64,000 nt of DNA from Octopus sinensis (taxonomy: Eukaryota), in assembly GCF_006345805.1 (NCBI RefSeq), contig NC_043000.1, positions 116,560,001 to 116,624,000 on the forward strand, written 5' to 3'. Position 1 is the stretch's first letter, and each line of letters starts with the position of its first letter. A program made the translations under genes and the position numbers. The notes beneath the pieces are model-generated. The model was given only the letters and a program-made list of their open reading frames with translations. It was not told the origin of the DNA and ran no database searches. Shown here piece by piece: positions 1 through 12,480 of this stretch.

Positions 1-172
1 CGAGCTCGCAGAATCGTTAGCACGTTGGACGAAATGCTTAGCGTTATTTCGTCTGTCTTTACCTTCTGAGTTCAAATTCAGCCGAGGTCGACTTTGCCTT
101 TCATCCTTTCGGGGTCGATAAATTAAGTACCAGTGAAACACTGGGGTTGATGTAATCGACTCATCCCCTACC
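1..172 (+). mobile_element. tRNA-derived SINE-B (5'-clipped by window edge)
   Basis: Head GAGCTCGCAGAATCGTTAGCAC, B-box-like GAGTTCAAATTC, body GCCTTTCATCCTTTCGGGGTCGATAAATTAAGTACCAG; more than 20 similar copies in this window. Confidence 0.85.
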
Positions 173-799
173 CACATCTATTATTATTGAAAAAAAAAGT
201 GGTTTAAGTCATCACGGTGACTGACCAGTCACATTTCAGTTGAGAATCCTTAAAATTTCCATTTAAATGAAAATTTTCATAGTCCTTAACTTTTAATCCG
301 AAACCCACAAACACATTAATACACATTGCATATGCACATATCCATATCTGCGTGTGTATATTTGTGTGGGAGACTGACTGGCCTGTACGCATGCATGTGT
401 GTGTATTTGTATGGCAACAGTTCTTGGAATCATTAATTCAAAAAGCACGATGCAGAACTTAGACTTTTAAGATATTTTTCATACTTGCTTTTTAGTTCTG
501 TTTGTTTAGAGCTCTACAATAAACAGAAACATTTCTGAATCCATTAGTCCCATCAACTTTACTGATATTTCGTAATTATATTTACAATATATCATTGAGT
601 TTAGTAAATTTACTTCTTTGGCTAAATTAATAGCCATATACAGAATTAATGGTTGTTTAAATGCAATTGCAACAAACATTCAGGTATTACACTACAGCAA
701 CAAAAAATTTAATACTAAAATAATGTATTATAAAATGCACCATTTGACAAGATGATTTACGATAGAAGTGGTCATAACATTTCCTCCCTGTATACATAC

Positions 800-847
<48 letters not shown>

Positions 848-851
<4 letters not shown>

Positions 852-970
852 CAGGTAGTGTAGAAAACAAACAGATGTATTAGTTTGATGCTCGGGAATT
901 GAACAAGTCTTTTACGTTTCGAGCCTACGCTCTTCCACAGAAAGGAACACAGAGAGAAACAAGGAGACAC
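848..970 (-). mobile_element. Penelope-like terminal-repeat fragment, family P1, next to (TA)n
   Basis: Homologous to 19427-19585 and 9346-9441; contains a hammerhead-like motif; abuts a (TA)n tract. Confidence 0.55.
909..944 (-). ncRNA. Minimal type I hammerhead-ribozyme-like motif (atypical core)
   Basis: Minus strand reads CUUU-CUGUGGAA-GAGC GUAG GCUC-GAA-ACGU-A-AAAG: stem I CUUU/AAAG, stem II GAGC/GCUC, palindromic stem III ACGU, GUA cleavage triplet. Confidence 0.5.
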
Positions 971-1027
971 GGATAGACATGTATATGTATATGTATATAT
1001 ATATATTTGTGTATGTATGTGTGTGTA

Positions 1028-1081
<54 letters not shown>

Positions 1082-1728
1082 CTAGCTGAGGTACCCGGTA
1101 TTACTGTTAATGTCTGTTTACAGCCATGAAACATTTTTCTTTAAGTTTCGACATTTTTCAAAAATTTAAAATCTATATTAATGGGTAGGACCAATTTGAC
1201 GGTAAAAGTGAGCAGAGTCTGGTAGCGAACCTGTCTCGTCGTCATTTTTGTGCATGTGTTTAGAATGGAGAAATTTTTGCTTTGTGGCAGATTTCGTCAA
1301 GTTGATGTCACGACGGCTAGTGCGCAAAATGCCTAAATTTTGCTTGAGAAATAAAATGCTCTTACTTAATCAAAACCTGAAGCGCTGTAGAATTAAAACA
1401 ACGAATTGAAATAAGTTTTAGCAAATTAAAACAATTCGCATTGAAATGAAAAATTAGCAAATGCTAAATTGATTACCGTTAATCAGCTGTCTGTTTATAC
1501 CGATGAAGCATTTATTGTCAAATTGATGTCACGATGGCTAGTGCGAAAAATGCCGAAATTTTACGATTTTTGAACAATCGATTTTTTTAAAAATACCAAG
1601 TGCATAAGTGTCCGCATGGACATAAGCCCCCCACACGTGTCAAGTTTCATCAACGTCTGTTGGATAGTCTCAGAGGAGTTAAAGTAACAAATTCACAAGC
1701 ACACACATTTGCCATTTATTATTATAGA
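1082..1728 (-). mobile_element. Non-autonomous Helitron-like element
   Basis: Minus strand begins A|TC (ATCTATAATAATAAA) and ends CTAG|T; degenerate subterminal hairpin; internal ~50-bp direct repeat at 1293-1341 and 1513-1562. Confidence 0.6.
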
Positions 1729-1775
1729 TATATAAACATATGTAAATACACACACACACATATGTATATATTTAT

Positions 1776-1776
<1 letters not shown>

Positions 1777-1851
<75 letters not shown>
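1777..1851. repeat. (GATA)n microsatellite
   Basis: Perfect tetranucleotide run; another at about 2327-2382. Confidence 0.95.
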
Positions 1852-1852
<1 letters not shown>

Positions 1853-2159
1853 CATATTTATCTGTCGTATATTATTGAAGTTGAAAATTCTTCACCAGTT
1901 TCTTGGAGTGTCATTCGATCGCTCCTCAGACTGTCTTCCAGCTTCAATAAAATACTGTTTTACTCTAGATTTGTTATTCGAGTTCTGTACAGTCCCTCTT
2001 GTCTTGCGCCTATATACTCGCATAAGAATATACATACGTATATACATATTTAAAAACACACACAAACACACACATACATATCCATAGATATATACATTCA
2101 CACGCACCCGCACATACATATATAAAGCGTGAAATTATAGCACTTTCTGTAACTACTTA

Positions 2160-2190
2160 GTGATGAAGAGTGTAAGCGAAACCGGTAGGC
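2160..2190 (+). ncRNA. Decayed hammerhead-like motif (Penelope-type)
   Basis: gTGATGA-A-GAG TGTAA GC-GAA-ACCGGT-A: palindromic stem III ACCGGU and GUA triplet, but C3 is mutated and stem II is broken. Confidence 0.35.
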
Positions 2191-2326
2191 TGTGTAAATG
2201 CTTTAATCGATAAATATGTTTTGAACATAAAATTTCTTTGCATTTTCATTGTTCTCAAATTATTTTTACTAAAATTCACCAGGTGGATATTTTTCTAACC
2301 TTTTCAAAATAAACAGACGGAATGAC

Positions 2327-2383
<57 letters not shown>

Positions 2384-2389
2384 TGTATG

Positions 2390-2540
2390 ATGGACCTCCA
2401 TATAGTTTTCATCCACCAAATTCACTTACAATGCATTAGTAAACCCGGGGCTATATTAGAAGACAATTGTCCAAGGTGCTGTGCAGTAAGATTGAAACCG
2501 AATGTCTATGATTGCAGGATGGTCTTCTGAACCACAGTCA
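2390..2540 (-). mobile_element. Old SINE-A 5' half
   Basis: Diverged match to the SINE-A segment CCAAGGTGCC...AGAAGACACTTG...CCACCAAATTCAC. Confidence 0.55.
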
Positions 2541-3084
2541 AAACTACCGCAATTAGTCTTTCGTTCCTGAAGGGGAACTTCTTCATAAAACTCTGAATTC
2601 AGGAAATGTATTATATCCAATATTGTATTTATGAAAATATATTCATCCCATATTTTGCGTTAATCTTTAATTTAAAATATAGGTTTAAGCCTCGAAGTAT
2701 AGTATTGGATATTGTTCCACTTATGTTCGTCATCCCTTGACACAGGTTTCCATAGTTTTATATTTACCGTTAGAGCACACGGTAAATTAAATTTATGTTG
2801 TTATTGAACATATTTGAAATTTATGTTCTTCGAAGTTAAAAATAAGACAGAGGTATAGAAGACAAATGAAATGAAGCAGCCAACAGAATAGAAACATTTA
2901 AATGTTTTTTTTTACAAAGTCCATGTAAAGTAGGGTGATTTACTTGGTATGACCAAAAGAATGAATAGTTGAGTAGTAATATGAATATACTATTTAGACT
3001 GTTCCCGTCTCATCCAACTATTGCTTGTAATTAGCATTGCTGATAAACACTTTCGTAGTTTGAATTCTTATCTGTCATATGTTT

Positions 3085-3372
3085 GTTCCTTCTGGAGCCA
3101 TGCCTGGCTCATAAGGGCCGGTCTCTCGGTTTCCTTGGCGTATAGGTTCCCCACCTGGACGGGACTCTGGTCCGTCGCAGGTGATCTGCTAGATGCAGGA
3201 GGAAAGAGTGAGAGAAAGTTGTGGCGAAAGAGTCAGCAGAAGTTCGCCATTACCTTCTGCCGGAGCCGCGTGCAGCTTAGGTGTTTCACCCATAAACACA
3301 CACATCGTCCAGTCTGAGATTCGAACATGCGATCCCGAGTCCGCTGCTCTAACCACTAGGTCATGTGTCTCC
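3085..3372 (-). mobile_element. SINE-C head and body with an alternative 3' module
   Basis: Minus strand TAGTGGTTAGAGCAGCGGACTCG...GTTCGAATC...AAACACCTAAGCT...CACAACTTTCTCTCACTCTTTC as in 16721/20461, then diverges into CCTGCGACGGACCAG..CCCGTCCAGG...ATGAGCCAGGCATGGCTC. Confidence 0.7.
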
Positions 3373-3548
3373 ACTATCTTTCATATAGTTTTTCCGTAGT
3401 AGTTGCATTAAAAGTAATTTTCATTCTCTTGCACGTAGAAGAATATTTCATCATATTCTCTCATTCTCTCTCTTGGAGGAAAGAAATATGGAGTTAAGAT
3501 TAAAATCCCTATTTCATTTGTAAACAGATGCTCTTTTCTCATAGATAT

Positions 3549-3960
3549 TCTTTTACTCTTTTATTTGTTTCAGCTATTTGACTGTGGCCATGCTGGAGCA
3601 CTGCCTTTAGTCGAGCAAATCGACCTCAAGATTTATTCTTTGTAAGCCTTGTACTTATTCTATCGGTCACTTATGCCGAACCACTAAGTTACGGGGACGT
3701 AAACACACCAGCATCAGCTGTCAAGCAATGTTGCGGGGAGGGCAAACACAGACACACAAACGTATACACACATATATATGCTTATATACGTATACACGAC
3801 GGGCTTCTTTCGGTTTCCGTCGACCAAATCCACTCACAAGGCATTGGTCGGCCCGAGGCTCTAGTAGAAGACACTTGCCCAAGGTGCCACGCGGTGGGAC
3901 TGAACCCGGAACCATGTGGTTCGCAAGCAAGCTACTTACCACACAGCCACTCCTACGCCT
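3549..3960 (-). mobile_element. Full-length tRNA-derived SINE-A with internal microsatellite
   Basis: Head AGGCGTAGGAGTGGCTGTGTGGTAAG, GGTTCCGGGTTCAGTCC, CORE-like CACCTTGGGCAAGTGTC, internal (TG/TA)n, tail GGTGCTCCAGCATGGCCACAG...GAAACAA. Confidence 0.9.
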
Positions 3961-4576
3961 ACATTTATCATAAATGCAAATCATATTCTAAAGTTCAAAT
4001 CTAATTTAATCAATTCATGTTTTTGCAAAAGTTTTGTCCAACATCTGTTGAGAAATAAGAGGAAATCTTTGCATTTCATTGGTAGTTTTTATGTTCGTGA
4101 TTAATATAAATTAAGAAATTATATCAAGAATTCAAATATTTCAAATGAAAAACACGCGCGCATGTAAGTTAAAAGTAATCAGAAGAATTAAAACAGAACA
4201 CATGAGAGGATTTCTCAAGGCTAATAACGCAAAATTCTGTGATCTAGCAAGGTATCTATGTTAAGTTGGAAATAAAGATTACAGTTTGGTATTAATTACT
4301 GCTGTCGTCGCTAATAATTAATTTTCGATAAACCAGCTGTTTATTTGTGACAGCAGCGTCTGGAAAGATGCTGATGTTCCATATATTGTAGCAGCGAAAT
4401 ATGACTGGCATGCGGTGATGAGTGCTTTCCACTCATGTGGTCCAATGATGAGGTGATGTAGTTGCATAGGAAGTTTTTTGTTCTGAGACCGAGGGCTGAA
4501 ACTAAATCGATTGAAACGTAGAAGACCACTGTTAGCTATTTAGAAAGATGCAAAATCTGTTAACTTCACTTCCGCA

Positions 4577-4740
4577 CTTGAGACCGCGACCTGTTCACTG
4601 ACAAAACTTCGTGTTGACGAAGTTTTGTCAGTGAACAAAGCGACGAAAATATTTTGACAATTAAATTTAAATGTTGAAGTGAATCTAACGGTTTTTGCGT
4701 GTTTCTTAAATGGCTTATAAACACCTTCCACACTGCAATT

Positions 4741-4745
<5 letters not shown>
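4577..4745. repeat. Fold-back rearranged copy of repeat family P2 with a perfect 20-bp-arm hairpin
   Basis: GTTCACTGACAAAACTTCGT (4593-4612), loop GTTG, reverse complement at 4617-4636; remainder is the reverse complement of about 5975-6075; runs into (TA)n. Confidence 0.8.
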
Positions 4746-4806
<61 letters not shown>

Positions 4807-4945
4807 TAATAAATAATTTCTATAATGGTTTTTAAAAAAGCCCAATAATTATTTACTGGTAGAGTTCGATATGTAAATATAACCAATTAACGGTAGAACT
4901 GTAAAGTTCAGTATATATATTGTATATACTGCCCCTTTTATCTAT

Positions 4946-5031
<86 letters not shown>

Positions 5032-5626
5032 TGAACAGTATCTGTTTAAAAATTGTTTTCTTCCTGTATAAAAATAGTCTTGTTTCTTGCTCTTTTTTCT
5101 TTTGTTTCGGAAGAAATCCGTCGGACGGCATTCTCTGTATACATGGATAACAGTGGGTATCAAAAAATCATGTTACGGGATTTCACGTTACGATAACATT
5201 TTCAAGAAGGTATATGATCCTTAATGCTGAGATATTCCTGTATTAGTTCAGAAAACTTGTTGCATATAAAGAAATGTTCCGAAAAATGATTTTTTTAAAA
5301 ATTGGATAGTGATGCTTTGATGCAAATTGTGAATAGTAAAGTTTCATTTTTTCTTAATTATTTTTGTTTTAACTATACAGAAAAGCATCTCAATGAGAGG
5401 AATATAATTCTGTAAATTTCGTTAAAACTGATGCAGGAGTGAAAAAACTTATTTGGCAAAACATCGACTCATCAAAAAGGGAGAAATACCTGATTTCATC
5501 TTTATACCATCATATTTGTTATTGTAGAAAATATTAGTATAGTATATTTCGTTGTATCACGAAAGAGTCATTATGGCAATAATAGACACACTCAGTGCTT
5601 CTATTTCACATAATTTATTATTACTA

Positions 5627-5911
5627 GTCAATTCGTTAAAATTTAGTCAATTGGTCAATGGATTGGTTAACAAATCTTTCGGTCAATCAATCAAGTAATG
5701 TGCTAGGTTTGTCAACATGCTTTCGTCGCCATTCACCAGTTCACCAATGGCGTACGCCTTTTATTCCAGATAGATCTGACTCAGACTTGGAATAGAGGGA
5801 ATGAGAAGGTATGAACGGCGACGAAAGGATTTTGAAAACCTAGCTGATTAATTGATTCAACGAACGATTAATTGAACAATTGATTAGTTAATTGGATAAA
5901 TGTCAACGAAT

Positions 5912-5915
<4 letters not shown>
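5627..5915. mobile_element. Old MITE with ~105-bp degenerate TIRs, TA-flanked
   Basis: Left TCAATTCGTT...GCTAGGTTTGTCAACATGCTTTCGTCGCC mirrors right GGCGACGAAAGG..TTGAAAACCTAGC...AACGAATTGA; TA on both sides. Confidence 0.65.
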
Positions 5916-5942
<27 letters not shown>

Positions 5943-5974
5943 AGATGATGATGATGATGATAAAAGAAAATTGA

Positions 5975-6110
5975 AGCCTGTAAGGTGTTTATAAGCCATT
6001 TAAAAACACACAAAAACCGTTAGATTCATTTCAGTATTTAAATTTAATTTGTCAAAATATTTTCGTCGCTTTGAAACCGCGACCTGTTCATTGACGAAAT
6101 TCTGTGCCAG
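5975..6110. repeat. Uninverted copy of repeat family P2
   Basis: AAGGTGTTTATAAGCCATTT...TTTCGTCGCTTTGAAACCGCGACCTGTTCATTGACG matches the two arms seen at 4577-4745. Confidence 0.75.
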
Positions 6111-6165
6111 GATGCCCTTCAGTAGTATGATGGTAACATATTTAAAATCCAAGGGTCATAGTACC

Positions 6166-6399
6166 TATTTCTTTATTACTCACAAGGGGATAAACACAGA
6201 GAGGACAAACAAGGACAGACAAACGGATTAAGTCGATTACATCGACCCCAGTGCGTAAGTGGTACTTATTTAATCGACCCCGAAAGGATGAAAGGCAAAA
6301 TCGACCTCGGCGGAATTTGAACTCAGAACGTAGCGGCAGACGAAATACCTCTAAGCATTTCGCCCAGCGTGCTAACGAATCTGCCAGCTTGCCGCCTTT
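6166..6399 (-). mobile_element. SINE-B monomer plus linker, with 16-bp target-site duplication
   Basis: CAAGGGTCATAGTACC at 6150-6165 and 6400-6415; uninterrupted paralogous site at about 8295-8395. Confidence 0.9.
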
Positions 6400-7187
6400 C
6401 AAGGGTCATAGTACCATCGCATGAGTATGTCTAAAGAAGATCTTAGCCAATTATTTAAATAAATAATAAAAAAATAAATGAAGTAAAATACAACCAAAGC
6501 GCGTGGTTATTGGAATAACGACCCGCCTCATATAAAATAAAATCTGTTTCAACGCACGAGTTCACATCAACAATCTTGCAAACCAAATACAATATAAAAA
6601 CAAAATAGCATAGTTAAGGTGTCTTAAAAGATCTAATTGCGAGAAATCTAACTCTAAAGACAGTGTTTGGCAGAGTAGAAAAAGAAACGAAAACTGATAG
6701 AGGCCAAAAAAAAGTAATCAATTAATGAATGTAAACAGAACAAAAGTAGAAATTCATTTGCTGAGAGCAAGAGGAAGAAGTCTAACATTTCTGACAAAAA
6801 CTTCCTTTGAAGATAGTGTTATTATTGCAGATTTTGAATTGCCGCTGGCTAGGTTCGATCGACCAGAGATATGGTACAGGGTCGTACAAAGTGGAGAGCG
6901 GCTGTCGTCGTGACACATTGTACTTGCTCACTGCCCAGTCTCGTGTACCAGCATCTGTTGTTGAAATTGCTGATGTTGCTATGGTCATTGTTGTTGTTGT
7001 TTAGCCTCAAACTGATTCTAGTTGATCAAAAGCATTCCAGCAACAGATACCTCATCTCTTTATCTCGTGTATTATCAGGTGCATTAAACGGCATTGCCAA
7101 GTACAGCCATGCGTTTACGTAAAATCTACCTGTCATTTCTAGAGCATTTTACTTCAAGATTTTTTGTTCACTTCTTAGTATAATTAT

Positions 7188-7541
7188 TACGTTCTGAGTT
7201 CAAATTCCGCCGATGTCGACTTTGCCTCTCTTCCTTTCGTAGTCGATTAAATAAGTACCATTTACGCACTGGGGTCGATGTAATCGACTTAATCCGTTTG
7301 TCTGTCCTTTTTTGTCCTCTCTGTGTTTAGCCCCTTGTGGGTAGTATAGAAATAAGTATTTCGTCTGCCGCTACGTTCTGAGTTGTTCAAATTCCGACGA
7401 GGTTGACTTTGCCTTTCATCCTTTCGGGGTCGATAAATCAAATACCAGTCACGCACTGGGGTTGATGTAATCGACTTAATCTATTTGTCTGTCCTTGTTT
7501 GTCCTCACTGTGTTTAGCCCCTTGTGGGTAGTAAAGAAATA
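7188..7541 (+). mobile_element. SINE-B concatemer, two 184-bp units
   Basis: TACGTTCTGAG at 7188 and 7372; linker CTTAATCCGTTTGTCTGTCCTT...AGCCCCTTGTGGGTAGTAAAGAAATA. Confidence 0.85.
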
Positions 7542-8437
7542 AATTCTGCGTATAATTTTTTATTCATATCCTCGTTTTATTCTTGGTATTTGTCAAATAT
7601 CTCGGATCTTTTTCTTTCTAGATACTCATTTTCTTTTTCTTTAATAACCGAAAGTAAACCTTGTATCGACGTGTTGGTCTCTAACTGACTATTGTGTAAG
7701 TATTCATGTATTAAGGGACTAAAGAAGTAACAGATGTTCTGCGTTATAGTTATCTTCATTAAAATTTCTTATAACTTATTTTATTTCATTCGGTGGTGGG
7801 TCGCCTTGTTTTATTATCTAAAACATGTGTTCAATTTGTATTTTTATCCAAAGAAATTTTCTTCATTTAGAACCTTACTTAAACTTTTAATTAGAGGAAA
7901 TAAAATAATTTTGAAATTTCAGTTATAGCATTCGATGGAGTTTTTAAATATTTTTTACATATACTTTTTGCCAATTTATAAAATTTAGTTTTATACCATA
8001 CTTTAAACTTTTTGATAAAGTATTGATGTGTTTAGCTTTGTTTTCACTTTCTTAATTTTGTTTCCAACCTTAATAATATTTTTTTCTTGTAAAAGGCTTT
8101 TCGAGTATAAAGAATGGACTAGCAGGAAAAAGTTTGGCATGAGCGTGATAATATTTCAAATTAAAACTGGAAAAGTCAAGACCGAGGAGAACGAGAAAAT
8201 GGTAGCCGAAGCTGAAAGTTGGATTTTAATAGCACACCTTTTAGTTGGCTCCGGATGAAAGAAAATTCTAGAAAAGATTGGAGAATAAACTAAGATTCCC
8301 TTCAGCAATATCATGGTAACATGTTTAAGTTTCAAGGGTCATAGTACCATCGCATGAAAATGTTTAAAGATGATCATAGCTAATGATTCATGCTGAGCCT
8401 GAATGTGGATATTTTAAGAAAGAGCGATTTCTGAAGC

Positions 8438-8442
8438 TATAT

Positions 8443-8476
<34 letters not shown>

Positions 8477-8477
8477 G

Positions 8478-8510
<33 letters not shown>

Positions 8511-8552
8511 TACGTATATATATATATATATAATATACGTATATATATATAT

Positions 8553-8610
<58 letters not shown>

Positions 8611-8655
8611 GATATATATATATATATATATATATATAGATATATATATATATAC

Positions 8656-8695
<40 letters not shown>

Positions 8696-8943
8696 GTATA
8701 TATATATATATATATATATATACGTATAATATATATATATATTATATACGTATATATATATAATATATATATATATACGTATATATATATATATATATAT
8801 ATATACGTATATATATATATATATATATATATATCGTATATATATATATATATACGTATATATATATATATATATATATATACGTATATATATATACGTA
8901 TATATATAGATATATATACGTATATATATATATATTATATACG

Positions 8944-8976
<33 letters not shown>

Positions 8977-9031
8977 CGTATATATATATCTATATATATA
9001 TATATATAGTATATATATATATATATATATA

Positions 9032-9069
<38 letters not shown>

Positions 9070-9178
9070 TATATATATATATATATATATACGTATATAT
9101 ATATATATACGTATATATATATATATATACGTATATATATATATATATATACGTATATATAATATATATATATACGTA

Positions 9179-9211
<33 letters not shown>

Positions 9212-9223
9212 ACGTATATATAT

Positions 9224-9256
<33 letters not shown>

Positions 9257-9300
9257 GTATAACGTATGTATTTATATATATATATATGTATAAACGTATG

Positions 9301-9348
<48 letters not shown>
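8438..9348. repeat. ~900-bp (TA)n tract with recurrent TACG interruptions
   Basis: Direct reading. Confidence 0.95.
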
Positions 9349-9351
<3 letters not shown>

Positions 9352-9441
9352 GGAATTTACAAAAAACAAAAGACGAAGACGGGTGTGTAAACAAGAAACA
9401 AGTGTATTAGTTTAACGCTCGGAAAGTGAGAATGTCTTTTA
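9346..9441 (-). mobile_element. Truncated P1 copy lacking the hammerhead core
   Basis: AAAAAACAAAAGACGAAGAC...TGTATTAGT...AACGCTCGG...GTCTTTTA matches 848-913 and 19427-19520; homology stops at GTCTTTTA. Confidence 0.6.
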
Positions 9442-10080
9442 AGCAGAGAGAAAATAAAAATGGTTTAGTGGCTAGTGATCAATCATGGCAAATGTAGGTG
9501 TCTATGTAAATCTTTACATATAAGAGAGAGAGAGAGAGAGAAACTTGCGCATGTGTACATGCATATATGTGGGTCTTCATGTATGTGTAAGAGTCTTTAG
9601 AGTGTAAACGGAAGTAAAAATTGCTTAACGAATGCATACAGTTTGTTTAAAAATAAAAAAAATAAAGCTTCATAGAATATTTTCACTGGTTTACATGCAA
9701 AATTGCTCCTAATCGTAATATGCAGTCACACGAACAAAAGGGGAAAATCAGGGGAAAAAACATAGTGAAATGGAAATAAAACACATCTTTTAGTTGGGTT
9801 TATAAGCTTCTTTTCATTGGTTGAAATAACAAAATATTTCCTACTACGCACCGATTTGACTCATTCGAACAACTATTAATTCCAAACTTAGTGGAACTCC
9901 GACAGTGTTTGTATGCGCATGCTTAAGAAATATAATTTTTACAATATTTCAGCATAAAAAATGTAATGATTAAAAGATAATGGTAAAATTACGCCATCAG
10001 CCGATATAAACGCTGTATCGGACCGTGTTTTAAGTGTTCCTGAAGTGAAATTTTGGTCGCTGTATCATTTTATAGTTGAA

Positions 10081-10431
10081 CTAGCACTATGACCCGGCAA
10101 CGCCGGTCATTCGTGTATGCATATACAACTGCGTGCGTGCGTGCGCACGTACATGCGAGTATTGTGCAAATCTCCGAACACCCACATACAGCTAGCTGGT
10201 ATTCAATTGGCGTATCAAGTTTCGGGCATTTTGATTGGGTTTTGGAATTCACTAAAAATTCACTTCTATTGATATTTTAATGGCTTTGCGGGGTAACTGG
10301 GGAAATGTAAAGATGTGCACGACCACCCTTGGACGGTTTTAAATGACCAATTAAAGTACGAGCCCTCTAACTGAAAACTTGTATAAAGGACACACACATA
10401 CACAGACTTTTTGCGTTTATATATAGAGAGA
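10081..10431 (-). mobile_element. Non-autonomous Helitron-like element
   Basis: A|CTAG at 10080-10084, subterminal hairpin GACCCGG CAACG CCGGTC, other end TATATATAGAGAGA|T (5'-TC on minus). Confidence 0.75.
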
Positions 10432-11230
10432 TGTAGTGAATATATTGGCCGCCTTGATATTTTAGTTGTTGTTGTTGCTAGTGGTGATTGCAGTGGTAAT
10501 GGTGGTGTGTCAGTGTTGGTGTTGGTGGTGTTGGCGATGATGGTGGATGTTGTGAGGGCAATGGTACAATGCTTCTGGTAGTCTTGAAGTATAGCATTGT
10601 TACAGGTATAGCAGTTTTGGTGTTTTTCTTGGTGGCGATGGTGTTGTTGCTGGAGGGGATTGTATAAGTAATTTTGATTTTGGCATTGGTCTTGCTGTTA
10701 GTGTTTCGAAAGGAGGGGCTTATTGGCGTTGTGACAGTGGCACCGAAGGCGGTGCTAGTGGTGTCGGTGGCACTATAGCTGCTACTACTGCTGGTGCTGG
10801 TGATGTCAGCGTTGGTGTTGTTATGTTGCTGTTGTTTTTGTTGGTGTTGCTATTATTGGTGATGGTGGTGGTAGTGGTGATGGAATGGCAAGTAGAGTTT
10901 CTGATAATTATTAGAACTGTAAGTGCTGGAGGTGAATGGGGTGAGTGCATTCTTGGCGTTGTAATTTCTGAAATTGGTTTCATTTATCGTAGGTAATAAA
11001 ACCATTGTCAGTAAAAATGTTGAAATCTACTGATAATGACGCATAAAGAATACCATTTTCCTATATCAGAGACACACAGACACACACAATGTATGTTTAT
11101 ATATATATATATACATACATTTATGTATATATATACCTGTGTGGTGGCGTAGATATGTATATGTGTATGCATGTAATCTTACATATGTTACACCGACACA
11201 AACACACACACACATAAATATATCCTTGCT

Positions 11231-11313
<83 letters not shown>

Positions 11314-11897
11314 AAAGAAAGAGACGGAGTAATATGCGGCGTCCGACGATCAGACGGACTTTCTGCATCGGTCAAACGTGAAGTAATGCAATTCTGAACC
11401 ACGTTTTTAATGCCAGTATGAATCACCAGAGCATTAATAGTGCCTTACTTGCATGTTATTCTGTACTATACAATATAGATATTTTTTTAACGCATAGCCT
11501 ATATATACACCAGTAGTTCTTCATCATTTTTTTTTATTTTTTGTACATCGCAGATCAAACAACAAAAACTACAGACGCAGCTCGGATGAGCAGTTTTAAG
11601 TTATTGGAGCATTTTTTAAAAGAAAAATTTAAGAAAAAATATGTTGTAAAATAAAATATAGAAAATTACAGAAAAATCTGCTTCCTTTCTATGATTAATC
11701 TTATTAGTATGTAACAAATTTACGCTTTGAGATGTTCAAGTATTGGTACGGATTTATAGAAATCAACGGTGGACCTAAATTTTCTTTGTGGTGATGTTTC
11801 TTTGAGAAGCATTAGAGTAGAAAGACGTAGACATTTTGTCTTTATGTAAAATATCTTCGTAGACAAAATGTTTTGAAATCTGAGTTTTGTTAGCCAA

Positions 11898-12336
11898 CTA
11901 GCAGTATAGCCCGGCGTTGCTCGGGTTTGTTTTTTAGTTGCGCTTAAAACGGCAGACTTTTGATGTCGCGTTAACTAAGTTTTGATATAGTTTCAATCTT
12001 TTTTGAAAAGTAAAAATTTTGCATTATGTAGCTTGTTATTCTCTTTAAGTGAACATTTTTCTGGTTGAAATACACCGAAAAATGGCGACACAGCAGTTAA
12101 TAAGTCGTAAAAAATAGGAATTTTCATAGAAAAAAAGCACCTTTGTGATGTAAATAATTTTTGGTCTTAACATGGTCCGATTTGAATTTTTTTCTTCTAC
12201 GGAATGAAGAGCAAGCCTTCTTCTATCAGACTTTCAATTTTGGTCAACTTGCGCCGCAGGGTTTCGAAGGAGATAGTGTTAGTTGAAGGCTACCAAACCT
12301 GCCACACACATACAACTTCCGCTTTATATGTATAGA
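11898..12336 (-). mobile_element. Non-autonomous Helitron-like element
   Basis: A|CTAG 11897-11901, hairpin CCCGG CGTTGC TCGGG 11910-11925, other end TATATGTATAGA|T; canonical A|TC...CTAG|T arrangement on minus. Confidence 0.8.
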
Positions 12337-12480
12337 TATGTAACCACTTTATGTGTCCACGGAGATACTTCATAATATTCGCAGTCGTGAAGGGTTTAAA
12401 TAAATCGAGTATACTGATTTGCATACTACGACGCATTTTTTGGCATCTTGTAATATGAATAAATTACTAGTGAGTTAACA

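Noticed and set aside
4320-4500. Coding-looking stretch with a possible acceptor on the minus strand (TTTAGTTTCAG) and open frames of about 50-60 aa
   Set aside because: No recognisable protein motif and no partner exons; needs RNA-seq or blastx
6780-6990. Short ORFs on both strands with a possible acceptor TTATTGCAG
   Set aside because: No recognisable homology; cannot choose a frame
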